From positions 864,001-928,000 of the forward strand of contig CBDFMQ010000002.1 in assembly GCA_965249725.1 (NCBI GenBank): 64,000 bases of DNA, given 5' to 3'. Under the pieces are notes generated by a model. The model was given only the letters and a program-made list of their open reading frames with translations. It did no database searches and was not told the origin of the DNA. Below, in pieces: positions 1-9,241 of this stretch. How positions within the stretch are numbered: the stretch's first letter is position 1; every line of letters begins with the position of its first letter. Position numbers and translations under genes: made by a program. This DNA comes from Longimicrobiales bacterium. Lineage in GTDB: Bacteria; Gemmatimonadota; Gemmatimonadetes; Longimicrobiales; Gaopeijiaceae.

Positions 1-1
1 T

Positions 2-1108
2 GAGAAGAACCCGCTTCTGTCCGTGGTCGAGCGCGGCAGTCGTTCCGTCATCGACACCTTCTTCGAGACGGGTCTCGACGAGGCGGACTGGGCGGGCAAT
101 GTGGTGGATATCTGTCCCGTCGGGGCTCTGGTCTCGAAGGACTTCCTTCACAAGGCTCGGGCCTGGGACCTGGAACACACCCCGTCGATCTGCCCCAATT
201 GCAGTCAGGGGTGCAACATCGATCTCCACACCATGGACAACCTGGTGCATCGCATGAAGCCGCGGCACAACGCTAATGTGAATGGCCATTGGATCTGCGA
301 TTACGGCCGCGGACGCTACGAATGGATGAATCGGGGCGATCGGCTCGAGGCGCCGGTGGTGCGCACCTCCGGGAAGAGCACAGCCATGGGGTGGAAGGAA
401 GCTCTGGCGGCCCTGGCGCTCGGTCTCGAAGACGCTGAAGGTGGCGTAAAGGCTGTGGTGTCCCCGTTCTGGTCCAACGAGGATCTGGGAGCCGTGTCCA
501 GCCTGGTGGACTCTTTGGGCGGTGGCGATGTGGTCTATCGGTCGCCACGAACGGATGAAGAGGTAGCGCTTCCTGGCTACGGCGGCCTCGCCCGTCGCAA
601 GGATCTGGCGCCCAACGTCCGCGGAGCCGAGCTCCTCGGCTTCAAGCGCGTCGGAGACGATGCGGGGCAGGGCGGTCTGGAGGACATCGCCGGACACACC
701 GGCGTGATCGTCGTGCTGGGAGATCCGCTCGAGGATGCGCCGGAGGGCTTTGGAGCCGAGGCGAAGATGGTCGTCTACGTTGGAGCCTACACGGCGGACA
801 CGTTGGCCTCGGCGGGATTCGCGCTTCCCGCGACCATCTTCGCGGAGCAGGAAGGCACGTTCACCAATCACGACGGCCGGGTGCAACGCTTCTGGCCGGC
901 GTTGGACGCTCCGGGCGCCGCAAGGCCCGCTTGGTTGGTGCTGGGTGCTCTGGTCGGAGCGATCGGAGACCAAGAAGGTCCCCGAAGTGCGGGACAGGCC
1001 TTCGAGCTCCTCGGACAGAGCGTGCCCGCGTACGGCGGCATCACGTACGAGGACATGAATCACACGGGGGCCGTGATCAACGGGTCCGTGCCGGTGGCTG
1101 GCGACTGA
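2..1108 (+). CDS. nuoG: NADH-quinone oxidoreductase subunit G, 5'-partial
   Basis: Frame open from the window edge; CPVGAL and CPNCSQGC...WICD Fe-S motifs; molybdopterin-oxidoreductase-like C-terminus (AEQEGTFTN); directly upstream of nuoH. Confidence 0.92.
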   Translation, partial: EKNPLLSVVERGSRSVIDTFFETGLDEADWAGNVVDICPVGALVSKDFLHKARAWDLEHTPSICPNCSQGCNIDLHTMDNLVHRMKPRHNANVNGHWICDYGRGRYEWMNRGDRLEAPVVRTSGKSTAMGWKEALAALALGLEDAEGGVKAVVSPFWSNEDLGAVSSLVDSLGGGDVVYRSPRTDEEVALPGYGGLARRKDLAPNVRGAELLGFKRVGDDAGQGGLEDIAGHTGVIVVLGDPLEDAPEGFGAEAKMVVYVGAYTADTLASAGFALPATIFAEQEGTFTNHDGRVQRFWPALDAPGAARPAWLVLGALVGAIGDQEGPRSAGQAFELLGQSVPAYGGITYEDMNHTGAVINGSVPVAGD

Positions 1109-1109
1109 T

Positions 1110-2381
1110 ATGGACGTGTTCCAGCCCATCTCCGGCTTTCCGCTCCTGGTCTCGACCTCGGCCAAGGTCGCCGTAATCTTCGGCGTCGTCTTGCTGACCG
1201 TCGCCTATACCACTCTGGCCGAGCGGCGCGTGTCGGCCTTCATCCAGGATCGGATCGGGCCGAACCGTGTGGGGCCCTTCGGACTGCTCCAACCCATCGC
1301 GGACGGGCTCAAGAACTTGGTCAAGGAAGAGGCTATGCCCGGCACAGCCTCGCGGCGCTATTTCTTGCTCGGACCGATGATGGCCATGGTCCCGGCGATG
1401 GTCACGTTCGCCGTCATTCCTTTTGCCGCTCCGTTGCCCACTCCTTGGGGAGTGGTCGACATGATCGTTGCGGACGTCCCGATCGGCATCCTCTATATTC
1501 TCGCGTTGAGCTCACTCGGTGTGTACGGCATCGTCATCGCAGGGTGGGCCTCGAACAACAAGTATGCGTTCCTGGGCGCCCTTCGGGCTTCCGCTCAGAT
1601 GGTCAGCTACGAGGTGGCCCTCGGCCTGAGCCTCATCGTGGTCATCATGCTCGCGGGCAACGTGACGCTCACGGAAATCGTGTGGAAGCAGCAGCAGTTG
1701 GATCTCTGGTTCGCACTGCCGTTGTCCCTGGGATTCCTTCTGTTCCTGACCGCGGCCTTCGCGGAGACGAACCGGCTCCCGTTCGATATGCCCGAAGCGG
1801 AGTCTGAGCTCGTAACCGGCTTCCACACCGAGTACTCCGCAATGAAGTTCTCCATGTTCTTCATCGCAGAGTATTCCCATATGGTGACGGCGTCGGCCTT
1901 GATGGCCACGCTGTTCTTCGGTGGATGGGATCTGCCGGGCACCTGGGACGACGCGTTCTGGGTCAACGGATCGCTCATCAGTGGATTCGATGCGAGTGGC
2001 GCGCCTATTGCCGCGGCACCGGCGGTCTGGAAGACGCTCCTGACGTTCGCTGCTTTCGCTGCGAAGACGGCCTTCTTCCTGCTGCTCTATATCTGGGTAC
2101 GCTGGACCCTACCGCGCTTCAGGTACGATCAGGTGATGCAGTTGGGCTGGAAGGTGCTCCTGCCGACCGCTCTCGCCTACGTGATGCTCATCGCCGCGAC
2201 GATGCTGATCCTCGACCAGGTCGGCGTGGCCTACGGGTTCACCTACGGCCTCGCTCTGACGGCTGTGAGCACCGTGTGCACGGTGGCGTTCGTCTTCCAT
2301 CTGGACCGCGGGCGGATCATCCAGGGTGCTTCGGTCCGCAAGGTGGCCGTCATCGAAGAATCTTCGGTTGCAGGGGACTAG
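1110..2381 (+). CDS. nuoH: NADH-quinone oxidoreductase subunit H
   Basis: QDRIGPNRVGPFGLLQPIADGLK, ETNRLPFDMPEAESEL and WVRWTLPRFRYDQ motifs. Confidence 0.97.
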   Translation: MDVFQPISGFPLLVSTSAKVAVIFGVVLLTVAYTTLAERRVSAFIQDRIGPNRVGPFGLLQPIADGLKNLVKEEAMPGTASRRYFLLGPMMAMVPAMVTFAVIPFAAPLPTPWGVVDMIVADVPIGILYILALSSLGVYGIVIAGWASNNKYAFLGALRASAQMVSYEVALGLSLIVVIMLAGNVTLTEIVWKQQQLDLWFALPLSLGFLLFLTAAFAETNRLPFDMPEAESELVTGFHTEYSAMKFSMFFIAEYSHMVTASALMATLFFGGWDLPGTWDDAFWVNGSLISGFDASGAPIAAAPAVWKTLLTFAAFAAKTAFFLLLYIWVRWTLPRFRYDQVMQLGWKVLLPTALAYVMLIAATMLILDQVGVAYGFTYGLALTAVSTVCTVAFVFHLDRGRIIQGASVRKVAVIEESSVAGD

Positions 2382-2426
2382 AATGCACTCTAATAGACAC
2401 TCCATAACTGCAAGCAGGACAACGAA

Positions 2427-2927
2427 ATGGCTGTAACCGTAAAGGTCATCCGTAGACCCGATCCGGGGAGCACGTCGTACTTGAGGGCCGCCCTCAAAGG
2501 GATGTCCGTGACCCTTCGTCACATGGTGAATCCGGACAAGGTGACACAGCAGTATCCGGAAGAGCAGACGGAGCTGAGTCCCCGGTGGAGGGGCACGCAT
2601 CGCATGGAGGTCCACGACGACGGCCGACCCAAGTGCGTGGCCTGTGGTCTTTGTCCTACCGTTTGTCCCGCGAACTGCATCCGGCTCGTGGGTGGAGAAG
2701 ACGACCAGGGAAACCGGTATCCGATCGTCTACGAGATCGACGAATTCCGCTGCATCTTCTGCGGCATGTGTCAGGAAGTCTGCCCGGTGGAGGCGATCCA
2801 TGTGGGCCGGGACTTCGAGAATGCAGAGTATTCGCGGGACCGCTTCGTCTACGACCTGGACCGCCTCATGGAGGTCGACCACCCCGTAGCGCTGTTGTGG
2901 GACCCCGAGGATCCGAAAAGTGAGTAA
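2427..2927 (+). CDS. nuoI: NADH-quinone oxidoreductase subunit I
   Basis: Two CxxCxxCxxxCP 4Fe-4S motifs; operon position. Confidence 0.96.
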   Translation: MAVTVKVIRRPDPGSTSYLRAALKGMSVTLRHMVNPDKVTQQYPEEQTELSPRWRGTHRMEVHDDGRPKCVACGLCPTVCPANCIRLVGGEDDQGNRYPIVYEIDEFRCIFCGMCQEVCPVEAIHVGRDFENAEYSRDRFVYDLDRLMEVDHPVALLWDPEDPKSE

Positions 2928-2974
2928 AGCGAGTATTCGTCTGATAATTCCGACGCCATGCGAGAACGGTAGTC

Positions 2975-3496
2975 ATGGCTGATTTGCTCTTCTACGTCTT
3001 CGCCGCCGTGGCGGTGGGCGGCGCCTTTGGGGTCGTGATGGGCCGAAGCCCCATCGCCAGCCTGCTATTCATGGTGGCGTGCTTGGCGAGCATCTCCGGG
3101 ATCTTTGTACTCCTTGAGGCTCATTTCCTGGCCGCGATTCAGATCATGGTCTACGCGGGGGCCATCATGGTCCTCTTCCTGTTCGTGATCATGCTCTTGA
3201 ACCTGGGTCACGACTATCAGAAGGACATTCGAGGGGGGCTCGGCATCATTCTGGGCTTCGCCCTTGCCGGAGGCCTGGGCGGACTGCTGGCCCGACAGCT
3301 CGGAGCAGGCGCCCGTGGGCTGCAGACCAACCTCGGAGCGGGTGACGCCATCGATGCCGCCCTGTTGGAGCACGGAGCCGTGGGGGCCATCGCCAGGCCC
3401 CTTTTCACGGACTACGTGGTCCCCTTCGAACTCACGGGAATTCTGCTTCTCGTAGCGATCGTCGGTGCCATCGTATTGGCGAAGAGGGCGGTCTGA
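2975..3496 (+). CDS. nuoJ: NADH-quinone oxidoreductase subunit J
   Basis: [19 protein letters not shown] and [12 protein letters not shown] motifs. Confidence 0.96.
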   Translation: MADLLFYVFAAVAVGGAFGVVMGRSPIASLLFMVACLASISGIFVLLEAHFLAAIQIMVYAGAIMVLFLFVIMLLNLGHDYQKDIRGGLGIILGFALAGGLGGLLARQLGAGARGLQTNLGAGDAIDAALLEHGAVGAIARPLFTDYVVPFELTGILLLVAIVGAIVLAKRAV

Positions 3497-3789
3497 TGCT
3501 CACCGAATCCCTCATCCTCTCGGCGCTGATCTTCGTAATCGGGACGATGGGCGTCATCGTCCGCCGGAACGTCATCATCATGTTCCTGTGCATCGAGCTA
3601 CAGCTGAATGCGGTGAATCTGACCTTCGTGGCGCTGTCCCGTTTCATCGGAATCGAAGGCCAGCTGTTCGTCTTCTTCGTAATGACGGTGGCAGCGGCCG
3701 AAGCAGCCGTGGGATTGGCGATCATCATCTCGATCTTCCGGCACTACGAGACCGTGAGCGTCGACAACTTCAACCTGCTCAAGTGGTAG
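3496..3789 (+). CDS. nuoK: NADH-quinone oxidoreductase subunit K
   Basis: [10 protein letters not shown] and [11 protein letters not shown] motifs; 97 aa. Confidence 0.97.
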   Translation: MLTESLILSALIFVIGTMGVIVRRNVIIMFLCIELQLNAVNLTFVALSRFIGIEGQLFVFFVMTVAAAEAAVGLAIIISIFRHYETVSVDNFNLLKW

Positions 3790-3793
3790 GGCC

Positions 3794-5998
3794 GTGACGA
3801 ACCTCGGACTCTATCTGATCCAGGCGGCGGAGGGCACCGAAGCCCACGTCGCCTGGGAGCCGTTCCTGCCCGGCCTCATCATTCTGCTGCCCCTCTTGGG
3901 CTTCCTGCTCAACGGGGCCCTGGCGCTCTCCGCCGCACGCCTGTCGGCCGATGCCGTACGGGCTGGTGGCGAGTACGACTTCTTCGGAAGGGACCGTCGG
4001 GGGGACCGTCGGGGGGATCGTCGGGGGGACCGTCGGGAAGACCGTCCAAGAACCCATACGTGGCCCACCTGGATCGGGCCGGGAGTGATGGGGATCGCGT
4101 TCCTGCTGACGGTAGTCAACTTCGTGGGCATGGTGGGCGCCGAGATCCATGAGCCCGTGATCCGAAGCTACTGGACCTGGATGGAGACGGGCAGCTTCGA
4201 GGTCGCCGCGGCGATTCAGCTGGATCAGCTCGCCATGGTGATGATGTTGGTCATCACCGGCGTCGGCTTCCTGATCCACGTGTTCAGTGTCGGCTACATG
4301 CAGGACGATCCGGGCTATCCCCGGTACTTCGCCTACCTGAACCTCTTCGTCTTCTTCATGCTGATCCTGGTCATGGGATCCAGCTACGCGCTCATGTTCG
4401 TGGGGTGGGAAGGCGTTGGACTCTGCTCCTACTTGCTGATCGGCTACTGGTTCAGCGACGAGGAGAAGGCGTCTGCCGGCAAGAAGGCGTTCATCGTCAA
4501 CCGGATCGGTGACCTGGGCTTCCTCCTGGCCATCTTCCTGCTGTTCGTGGCGTTCGGATCGGTGGACTATGTCGATGTCTTCGGGGGCGCCGAAGACATC
4601 TTCGAATACGGCGGGCCGCTCGTCACCGCGGTCACCCTCTTCTTCCTCGTGGCGGCCACGGGAAAAAGCGCGCAGATCCCGCTCTACATATGGCTGCCGG
4701 ACGCCATGGCCGGGCCTACGCCCGTCTCCGCTCTGATCCACGCCGCCACCATGGTGACGGCCGGCGTCTATCTGGTGGCGCGCTCCTCACTCCTGTTCGC
4801 GCTCTCGCCCCTGAGCAGTGCGGCGGTGGCAGGAATCGGCGTGCTGACCGCGTTGTTCGCGGCGACCATCGCCCTGAAGCAGAACGACATCAAGAAGGTG
4901 CTGGCGTACTCCACCGTCTCCCAACTCGGCTACATGTTCCTGGGGGTCGGGGTCGGGGCCTATACGGCGGGTGTCTTCCACCTCATGACCCACGCGTTCT
5001 TCAAGGCGCTGCTCTTCTTGGGCGCCGGCGCGGTGATCCACTCGATGCACCACGCCCTGCACCACACGCATAAGGACTGGGACGCGCAGGACATGCGCAA
5101 CATGGGTGGGCTCAAGAAGTATATGCCCATCACCTGGGCTACGATGGGCCTCGCAACGCTTGCGATCGCAGGCATCTGGCCCTTCGCCGGCTTCTTCAGC
5201 AAAGACGAGATCATCTGGATGACCGGGGCCATGGCGGGGGCAGAGAACGCCCCCTATGCCGGCCTCTATACGGTTTACTGGGTGATGGCGCTGGCGGCAG
5301 CCATGCTGACGGCGTTCTACATGACGCGCCTGATGGTCATGACCTTCCACGGGGCGAACAGAACCGGAGCGGAAGAGGCCCAGCATCTCCACGAAGCTCC
5401 CCGGACCATGTGGATCCCGCTAGCCATACTGGCCGTGCTGTCGACACTGGGTGGCTGGTTCAACGTGACCGAGGACCTGCAGGAGTCGGTCCTCGGCGGC
5501 TTCGGCATCCTTCCCATGTCCGAGTGGCTCCATCACTGGCTCGAACCGGTGACGGAGGCCGCCCACCACGTACAAGAGGTGCATCTCGGCGAGATCGCCC
5601 ACTCCGCACCGTTCGGTGGTGGGGAGGTCGCCTGGGGGCTCATCTCGACGGTGGCGGCCCTTATCGTGGTCGTCGTGACCAGCCGGATCCTGTCCTCGAA
5701 GGATGTCACCGTAGCCACCGAAGACGCCGCGCCGACCGGCTTCGCGGGCATCCTCTACAACAAGTGGTACGTGGACGAACTGTACGACCGAATCGTGGTT
5801 CGTCCGCTAGAGAGGTTGTCTCGCTTCTCGTGGCGCGTGATCGACGCCGGCATCATCGACGGATTCGTGAACCTGGTGGGGAACGGGGCCCGGGCCCTGG
5901 GCTGGGTGGGCAGCCTGTTCCAAACCGGGCAGGTGAATACGTACGCTTTCTTCCTGACCCTGGGGGTGCTGTTCATCCTGGGAATGGTAGCCTTTTAA
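3794..5998 (+). CDS. nuoL: NADH-quinone oxidoreductase subunit L
   Basis: GKSAQIPLYIWLPDAMAGPTPVSALIHAATMV and HAFFKALLFL motifs. Confidence 0.97.
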   Translation: MTNLGLYLIQAAEGTEAHVAWEPFLPGLIILLPLLGFLLNGALALSAARLSADAVRAGGEYDFFGRDRRGDRRGDRRGDRREDRPRTHTWPTWIGPGVMGIAFLLTVVNFVGMVGAEIHEPVIRSYWTWMETGSFEVAAAIQLDQLAMVMMLVITGVGFLIHVFSVGYMQDDPGYPRYFAYLNLFVFFMLILVMGSSYALMFVGWEGVGLCSYLLIGYWFSDEEKASAGKKAFIVNRIGDLGFLLAIFLLFVAFGSVDYVDVFGGAEDIFEYGGPLVTAVTLFFLVAATGKSAQIPLYIWLPDAMAGPTPVSALIHAATMVTAGVYLVARSSLLFALSPLSSAAVAGIGVLTALFAATIALKQNDIKKVLAYSTVSQLGYMFLGVGVGAYTAGVFHLMTHAFFKALLFLGAGAVIHSMHHALHHTHKDWDAQDMRNMGGLKKYMPITWATMGLATLAIAGIWPFAGFFSKDEIIWMTGAMAGAENAPYAGLYTVYWVMALAAAMLTAFYMTRLMVMTFHGANRTGAEEAQHLHEAPRTMWIPLAILAVLSTLGGWFNVTEDLQESVLGGFGILPMSEWLHHWLEPVTEAAHHVQEVHLGEIAHSAPFGGGEVAWGLISTVAALIVVVVTSRILSSKDVTVATEDAAPTGFAGILYNKWYVDELYDRIVVRPLERLSRFSWRVIDAGIIDGFVNLVGNGARALGWVGSLFQTGQVNTYAFFLTLGVLFILGMVAF
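3990..4046 (+). repeat. In-frame 12-bp tandem repeat GGGACCGTCGGG x4 plus a partial copy, inside nuoL
   Basis: Read directly; encodes (GDRR)n. Confidence 0.95.
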
Positions 5999-6003
5999 TG
6001 GGT

Positions 6004-6123
6004 GGAACGCTGAAATCGGCACAGGGCGGTGTCGCCTCTCGTCGTCGCGCCTGCGAAGTACCTTTCGGTACTCCTCGTTGCACCTCCTCGGGCTCCTACC
6101 CCTGCACTCGATTTGAGCGTCCC
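6004..6123. repeat. 120-bp imperfect palindromic element (REP/MITE-like) between nuoL and nuoM
   Basis: GGAACGCTGAAATCG (6004-6018) pairs 13/15 with CGATTTGAGCGTCCC (6109-6123); central hairpin AGTACC-TTTC-GGTACT (6057-6072). Confidence 0.7.
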
Positions 6124-6140
6124 CGGGACTTGGGGGGGGC

Positions 6141-7715
6141 ATGCTGACCGCTCTCGCATACGACGCGTGGATCCTCCACGCGCTCATCTGGTTGCCGTTC
6201 GTCGGGATGATCCACGTCCTTTGGGCTCCGGAGGAGCGGGCCAAGCATCTGGCTCTCTATTGGAGCTTGGCGGTCTTCGTCTTGAGCATCGGGCTTTGGT
6301 GGGCTTACGACCCGGCTCTCGGGGGCGGCTATCAGATGGCGAGCAGTCGGCCGTGGATCGTGCAGTGGGGTGTGAACTACGCCCTGGGGCTCGACGGAAT
6401 CAGCCTGTTCCTGGTGATGCTGACCACGTTCACGACGCCGCTCGCCGTCCTGGGGTCCTTCAACTACATCAAGAAGAGGGAGAAGTCGTTCTATGCTCTG
6501 ATGCTTCTCCTGGAGGTCGGGGTCATCGGGGTCTTCTCCGCGGTGGATCTCTTCCTGTTCTATGTGTTCTTCGAACTCACGCTGGTGCCGATGTACTTCA
6601 TCGTCGGTATCTGGGGCGGAGAACGGAGAGTCTACGCAGCCGTGAAGTTCTTCCTCTACACGGCGTTCGGGTCGCTCCTGATGTTGGTGGCGATTCTGTA
6701 CCTCCACTTCCGTGCCCAGACGCTGACGGGCGTGACCTCGTTCGCGTTCCTGGACCTCATGCAGGTGCCGCTTTCGCCCACGGAGCAGCTCTGGCTCTTC
6801 GGGGCCTTCGCGCTCGCTTTCGCCATCAAGGTGCCGCTGTTCCCGTTCCACACCTGGCTCCCCGACGCACACGTCGAGGCGCCCACCCCAGGTTCGGTCG
6901 TGCTGGCCGCGGTCCTCCTGAAAATGGGGACCTACGGGTTCGTGCGGTTCCTGCTGCCGTTCTTCCCGGTGGCCTCGCAGCACCCGACCGTGATCATGAC
7001 CATGATGACGCTCGGTGTGGTGGGGATCATCTACGCAGCGTGGGTGGCGGCGGTGCAGCCGGACGCCAAGAAGCTGGTGGCCTATACCTCCGTGGCGCAC
7101 ATGGGATTCGTGGTCATCGGGGTGTTCGCTCTCAGCGTCAACGGATTACAGGGCGGAATGCTCGTCATGATCTCTCACGGAATCTCGACGGGCGCTCTGT
7201 TCCTCCTGCTCGGCATGCTCTATGAGCGTCGTCACACTCGGAACATCGAGGACTTCGGTGGGCTGGGTCGGGTAGCGCCCTGGTTGGCGACCGCATTCGT
7301 GATTACGGCCTTGGCCTCGATCGGTTTGCCCGGCACGAGCGGCTTCGTCGGAGAGTTCCTGGCGCTCCTCGGCACCTTCGAAAGCCACCCAGGTATGGGC
7401 TTGCTTGCAGCCACGGGGGTGATCTTCGCGGCCTACTACATGCTGCCCATGGTTCAACGTGTCTTCTTCAACGAGTTGGACAAGGAAGAGAATCGGCAGG
7501 TCGAGGATCTATCCCGACGCGAGATCACCATTCTGGCTCCGATGATCGCACTCATGATCTGGATCGGGGTCTACCCCACACCCTTCCTTCAGCGCATGGA
7601 ACCGAGCATCCAGGCCATTCTCGAGCGGGTCGAGGCGGCTGCGCCGGCCGGGGCTTCCTTGACGGTGGAGGATGATGGCACGGTTGCGGTGCCGAGCACC
7701 GTGGCGGTGGACTGA
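6141..7715 (+). CDS. nuoM: NADH-quinone oxidoreductase subunit M
   Basis: KVPLFPFHTWLPDAHVEAPTPGSVVLAAVLLKMG motif. Confidence 0.97.
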   Translation: MLTALAYDAWILHALIWLPFVGMIHVLWAPEERAKHLALYWSLAVFVLSIGLWWAYDPALGGGYQMASSRPWIVQWGVNYALGLDGISLFLVMLTTFTTPLAVLGSFNYIKKREKSFYALMLLLEVGVIGVFSAVDLFLFYVFFELTLVPMYFIVGIWGGERRVYAAVKFFLYTAFGSLLMLVAILYLHFRAQTLTGVTSFAFLDLMQVPLSPTEQLWLFGAFALAFAIKVPLFPFHTWLPDAHVEAPTPGSVVLAAVLLKMGTYGFVRFLLPFFPVASQHPTVIMTMMTLGVVGIIYAAWVAAVQPDAKKLVAYTSVAHMGFVVIGVFALSVNGLQGGMLVMISHGISTGALFLLLGMLYERRHTRNIEDFGGLGRVAPWLATAFVITALASIGLPGTSGFVGEFLALLGTFESHPGMGLLAATGVIFAAYYMLPMVQRVFFNELDKEENRQVEDLSRREITILAPMIALMIWIGVYPTPFLQRMEPSIQAILERVEAAAPAGASLTVEDDGTVAVPSTVAVD

Positions 7716-7717
7716 CC

Positions 7718-9202
7718 ATGGCCCTCGACTTCAGCTCTCAAGCGCACTTCCTGATCGCTCTGGGCCCGGAGCTGGTGCTCTCCGTCTGGGGCATGGTGAT
7801 TCTCATCCTGGGGGTGAGCAAACGGCAACAGAACAACCCCGATGCGTCTACTGATCTGGGTTGGATGTCGCTGATCGGCGTACTCGTAGCGGCCTCTGTG
7901 AACGGTTGGCTGTACGGCATCTCGGAGGTGGGCACCGAGTCCATGATCGCCGTGGACCCGTTCGCATTGTTCGCGAACTGGATCTTCCTGGCGGCTTTGG
8001 GCCTCGGCATCCTCATTTCGCTGGTCTACGTGAAGGAGCAACGGCTCCAGGCGGGTGAGTTCTACGGGTTGCTGATCTATTCGACCGTGGGTCTGATGGT
8101 CATGGCGGCGGCGCGCGACCTCATCGTGATCTTCCTCGGATTGGAGATCATGTCGATCGCCGTCTACGCGCTTACGGCGATGAACCGGCGCGATCGCAAA
8201 TCGGCGGAAGCCGGCCTGAAGTATTTCCTGCTGGGCGCGTTCTCGACCGGGTTCTTCCTCTACGGCATCGCCCTCGTGTACGGGGCGGCTGGCAGCACGC
8301 ACATCGAAAGAATCGCCGATGCGGTTGCAGCGGGCAGCGCACACGGAGCCCTCTTGAGTTTTGGGATCGCTCTTCTCGCGGTCGGCTTCGGATTCAAGGT
8401 CTCGGCGGTCCCGTTCCATATGTGGACTCCGGATGTCTACGAGGGAGCACCGACGCCCGTGACGGCGTTCATGGCCGTGGCCGTGAAGGCGGGTGCGTTC
8501 GTGGCGTTCTTGCGGGTGTTCACCGTCGCGTTCCAGGGGGCCTACGAAACATGGTGGGCCATTCTGTGGTGGTTCGCGGTCATCACCATGATCGTCGCCA
8601 ACCTCGTCGCCCTGGTGCAGGTGAGCGTAAAGCGCATGCTGGCCTACTCGGGCATCGCCCACGCGGGCTATCTCATGGTGGCGATCGTGGCGGCGAACGA
8701 GACGGCCGCGGCGGGGCTCCTCTTCTACCTGCTCGTATACACGCTCATGAACATCGGGGCGTTCGGGGTGGTGTTGTTGGTTTCACGCCAGAGCGAGGAG
8801 CGCCAGCGCATCGAGGACTATGCCGGGTTCGGGTGGCAGCAGCCGGTGCTCGGGGTGTTCCTGTCCATCTTCCTCCTGTCGCTCGCCGGGTTCCCCGGAA
8901 CGGGTGGCTTCATGGGGAAGATCTACCTGCTGCAAGGCGCCATGGAGGCGGATTTGGTCTACCTCTCCGTCATCCTGGTGCTGACGACGGTCGTGTCCTA
9001 CTGGTACTACCTGCGCGTAGCGTGGTTCATGTGGATGCGGGAGGCGCCGGCCGAGGACGCCCACGCTGGCATTTCCGTTCCGCTGGCGATGCGGCTCGCG
9101 TTGGTCATCGGTGTGCTCTTCGTGCTGTACCTGGGTGTTTTCCCGGGCGGCGCTCTGGACTTCGCCCAATGGAGCGTTGAAGGACTCTCGACGGGCCTCT
9201 AG
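7718..9202 (+). CDS. nuoN: NADH-quinone oxidoreductase subunit N
   Basis: EAGLKYFLLG and FKVSAVPFHMWTPDVYEGAPTP motifs. Confidence 0.97.
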   Translation: MALDFSSQAHFLIALGPELVLSVWGMVILILGVSKRQQNNPDASTDLGWMSLIGVLVAASVNGWLYGISEVGTESMIAVDPFALFANWIFLAALGLGILISLVYVKEQRLQAGEFYGLLIYSTVGLMVMAAARDLIVIFLGLEIMSIAVYALTAMNRRDRKSAEAGLKYFLLGAFSTGFFLYGIALVYGAAGSTHIERIADAVAAGSAHGALLSFGIALLAVGFGFKVSAVPFHMWTPDVYEGAPTPVTAFMAVAVKAGAFVAFLRVFTVAFQGAYETWWAILWWFAVITMIVANLVALVQVSVKRMLAYSGIAHAGYLMVAIVAANETAAAGLLFYLLVYTLMNIGAFGVVLLVSRQSEERQRIEDYAGFGWQQPVLGVFLSIFLLSLAGFPGTGGFMGKIYLLQGAMEADLVYLSVILVLTTVVSYWYYLRVAWFMWMREAPAEDAHAGISVPLAMRLALVIGVLFVLYLGVFPGGALDFAQWSVEGLSTGL

Positions 9203-9241
9203 CTCTACACTCGGCGTACTCGTTGGAGGGGCAGGAAGCCA

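Noticed and set aside
1090..2381. NuoG and NuoH both end in VAGD
   Set aside because: Only four residues; likely chance or a purine-rich RBS-like constraint near gene ends
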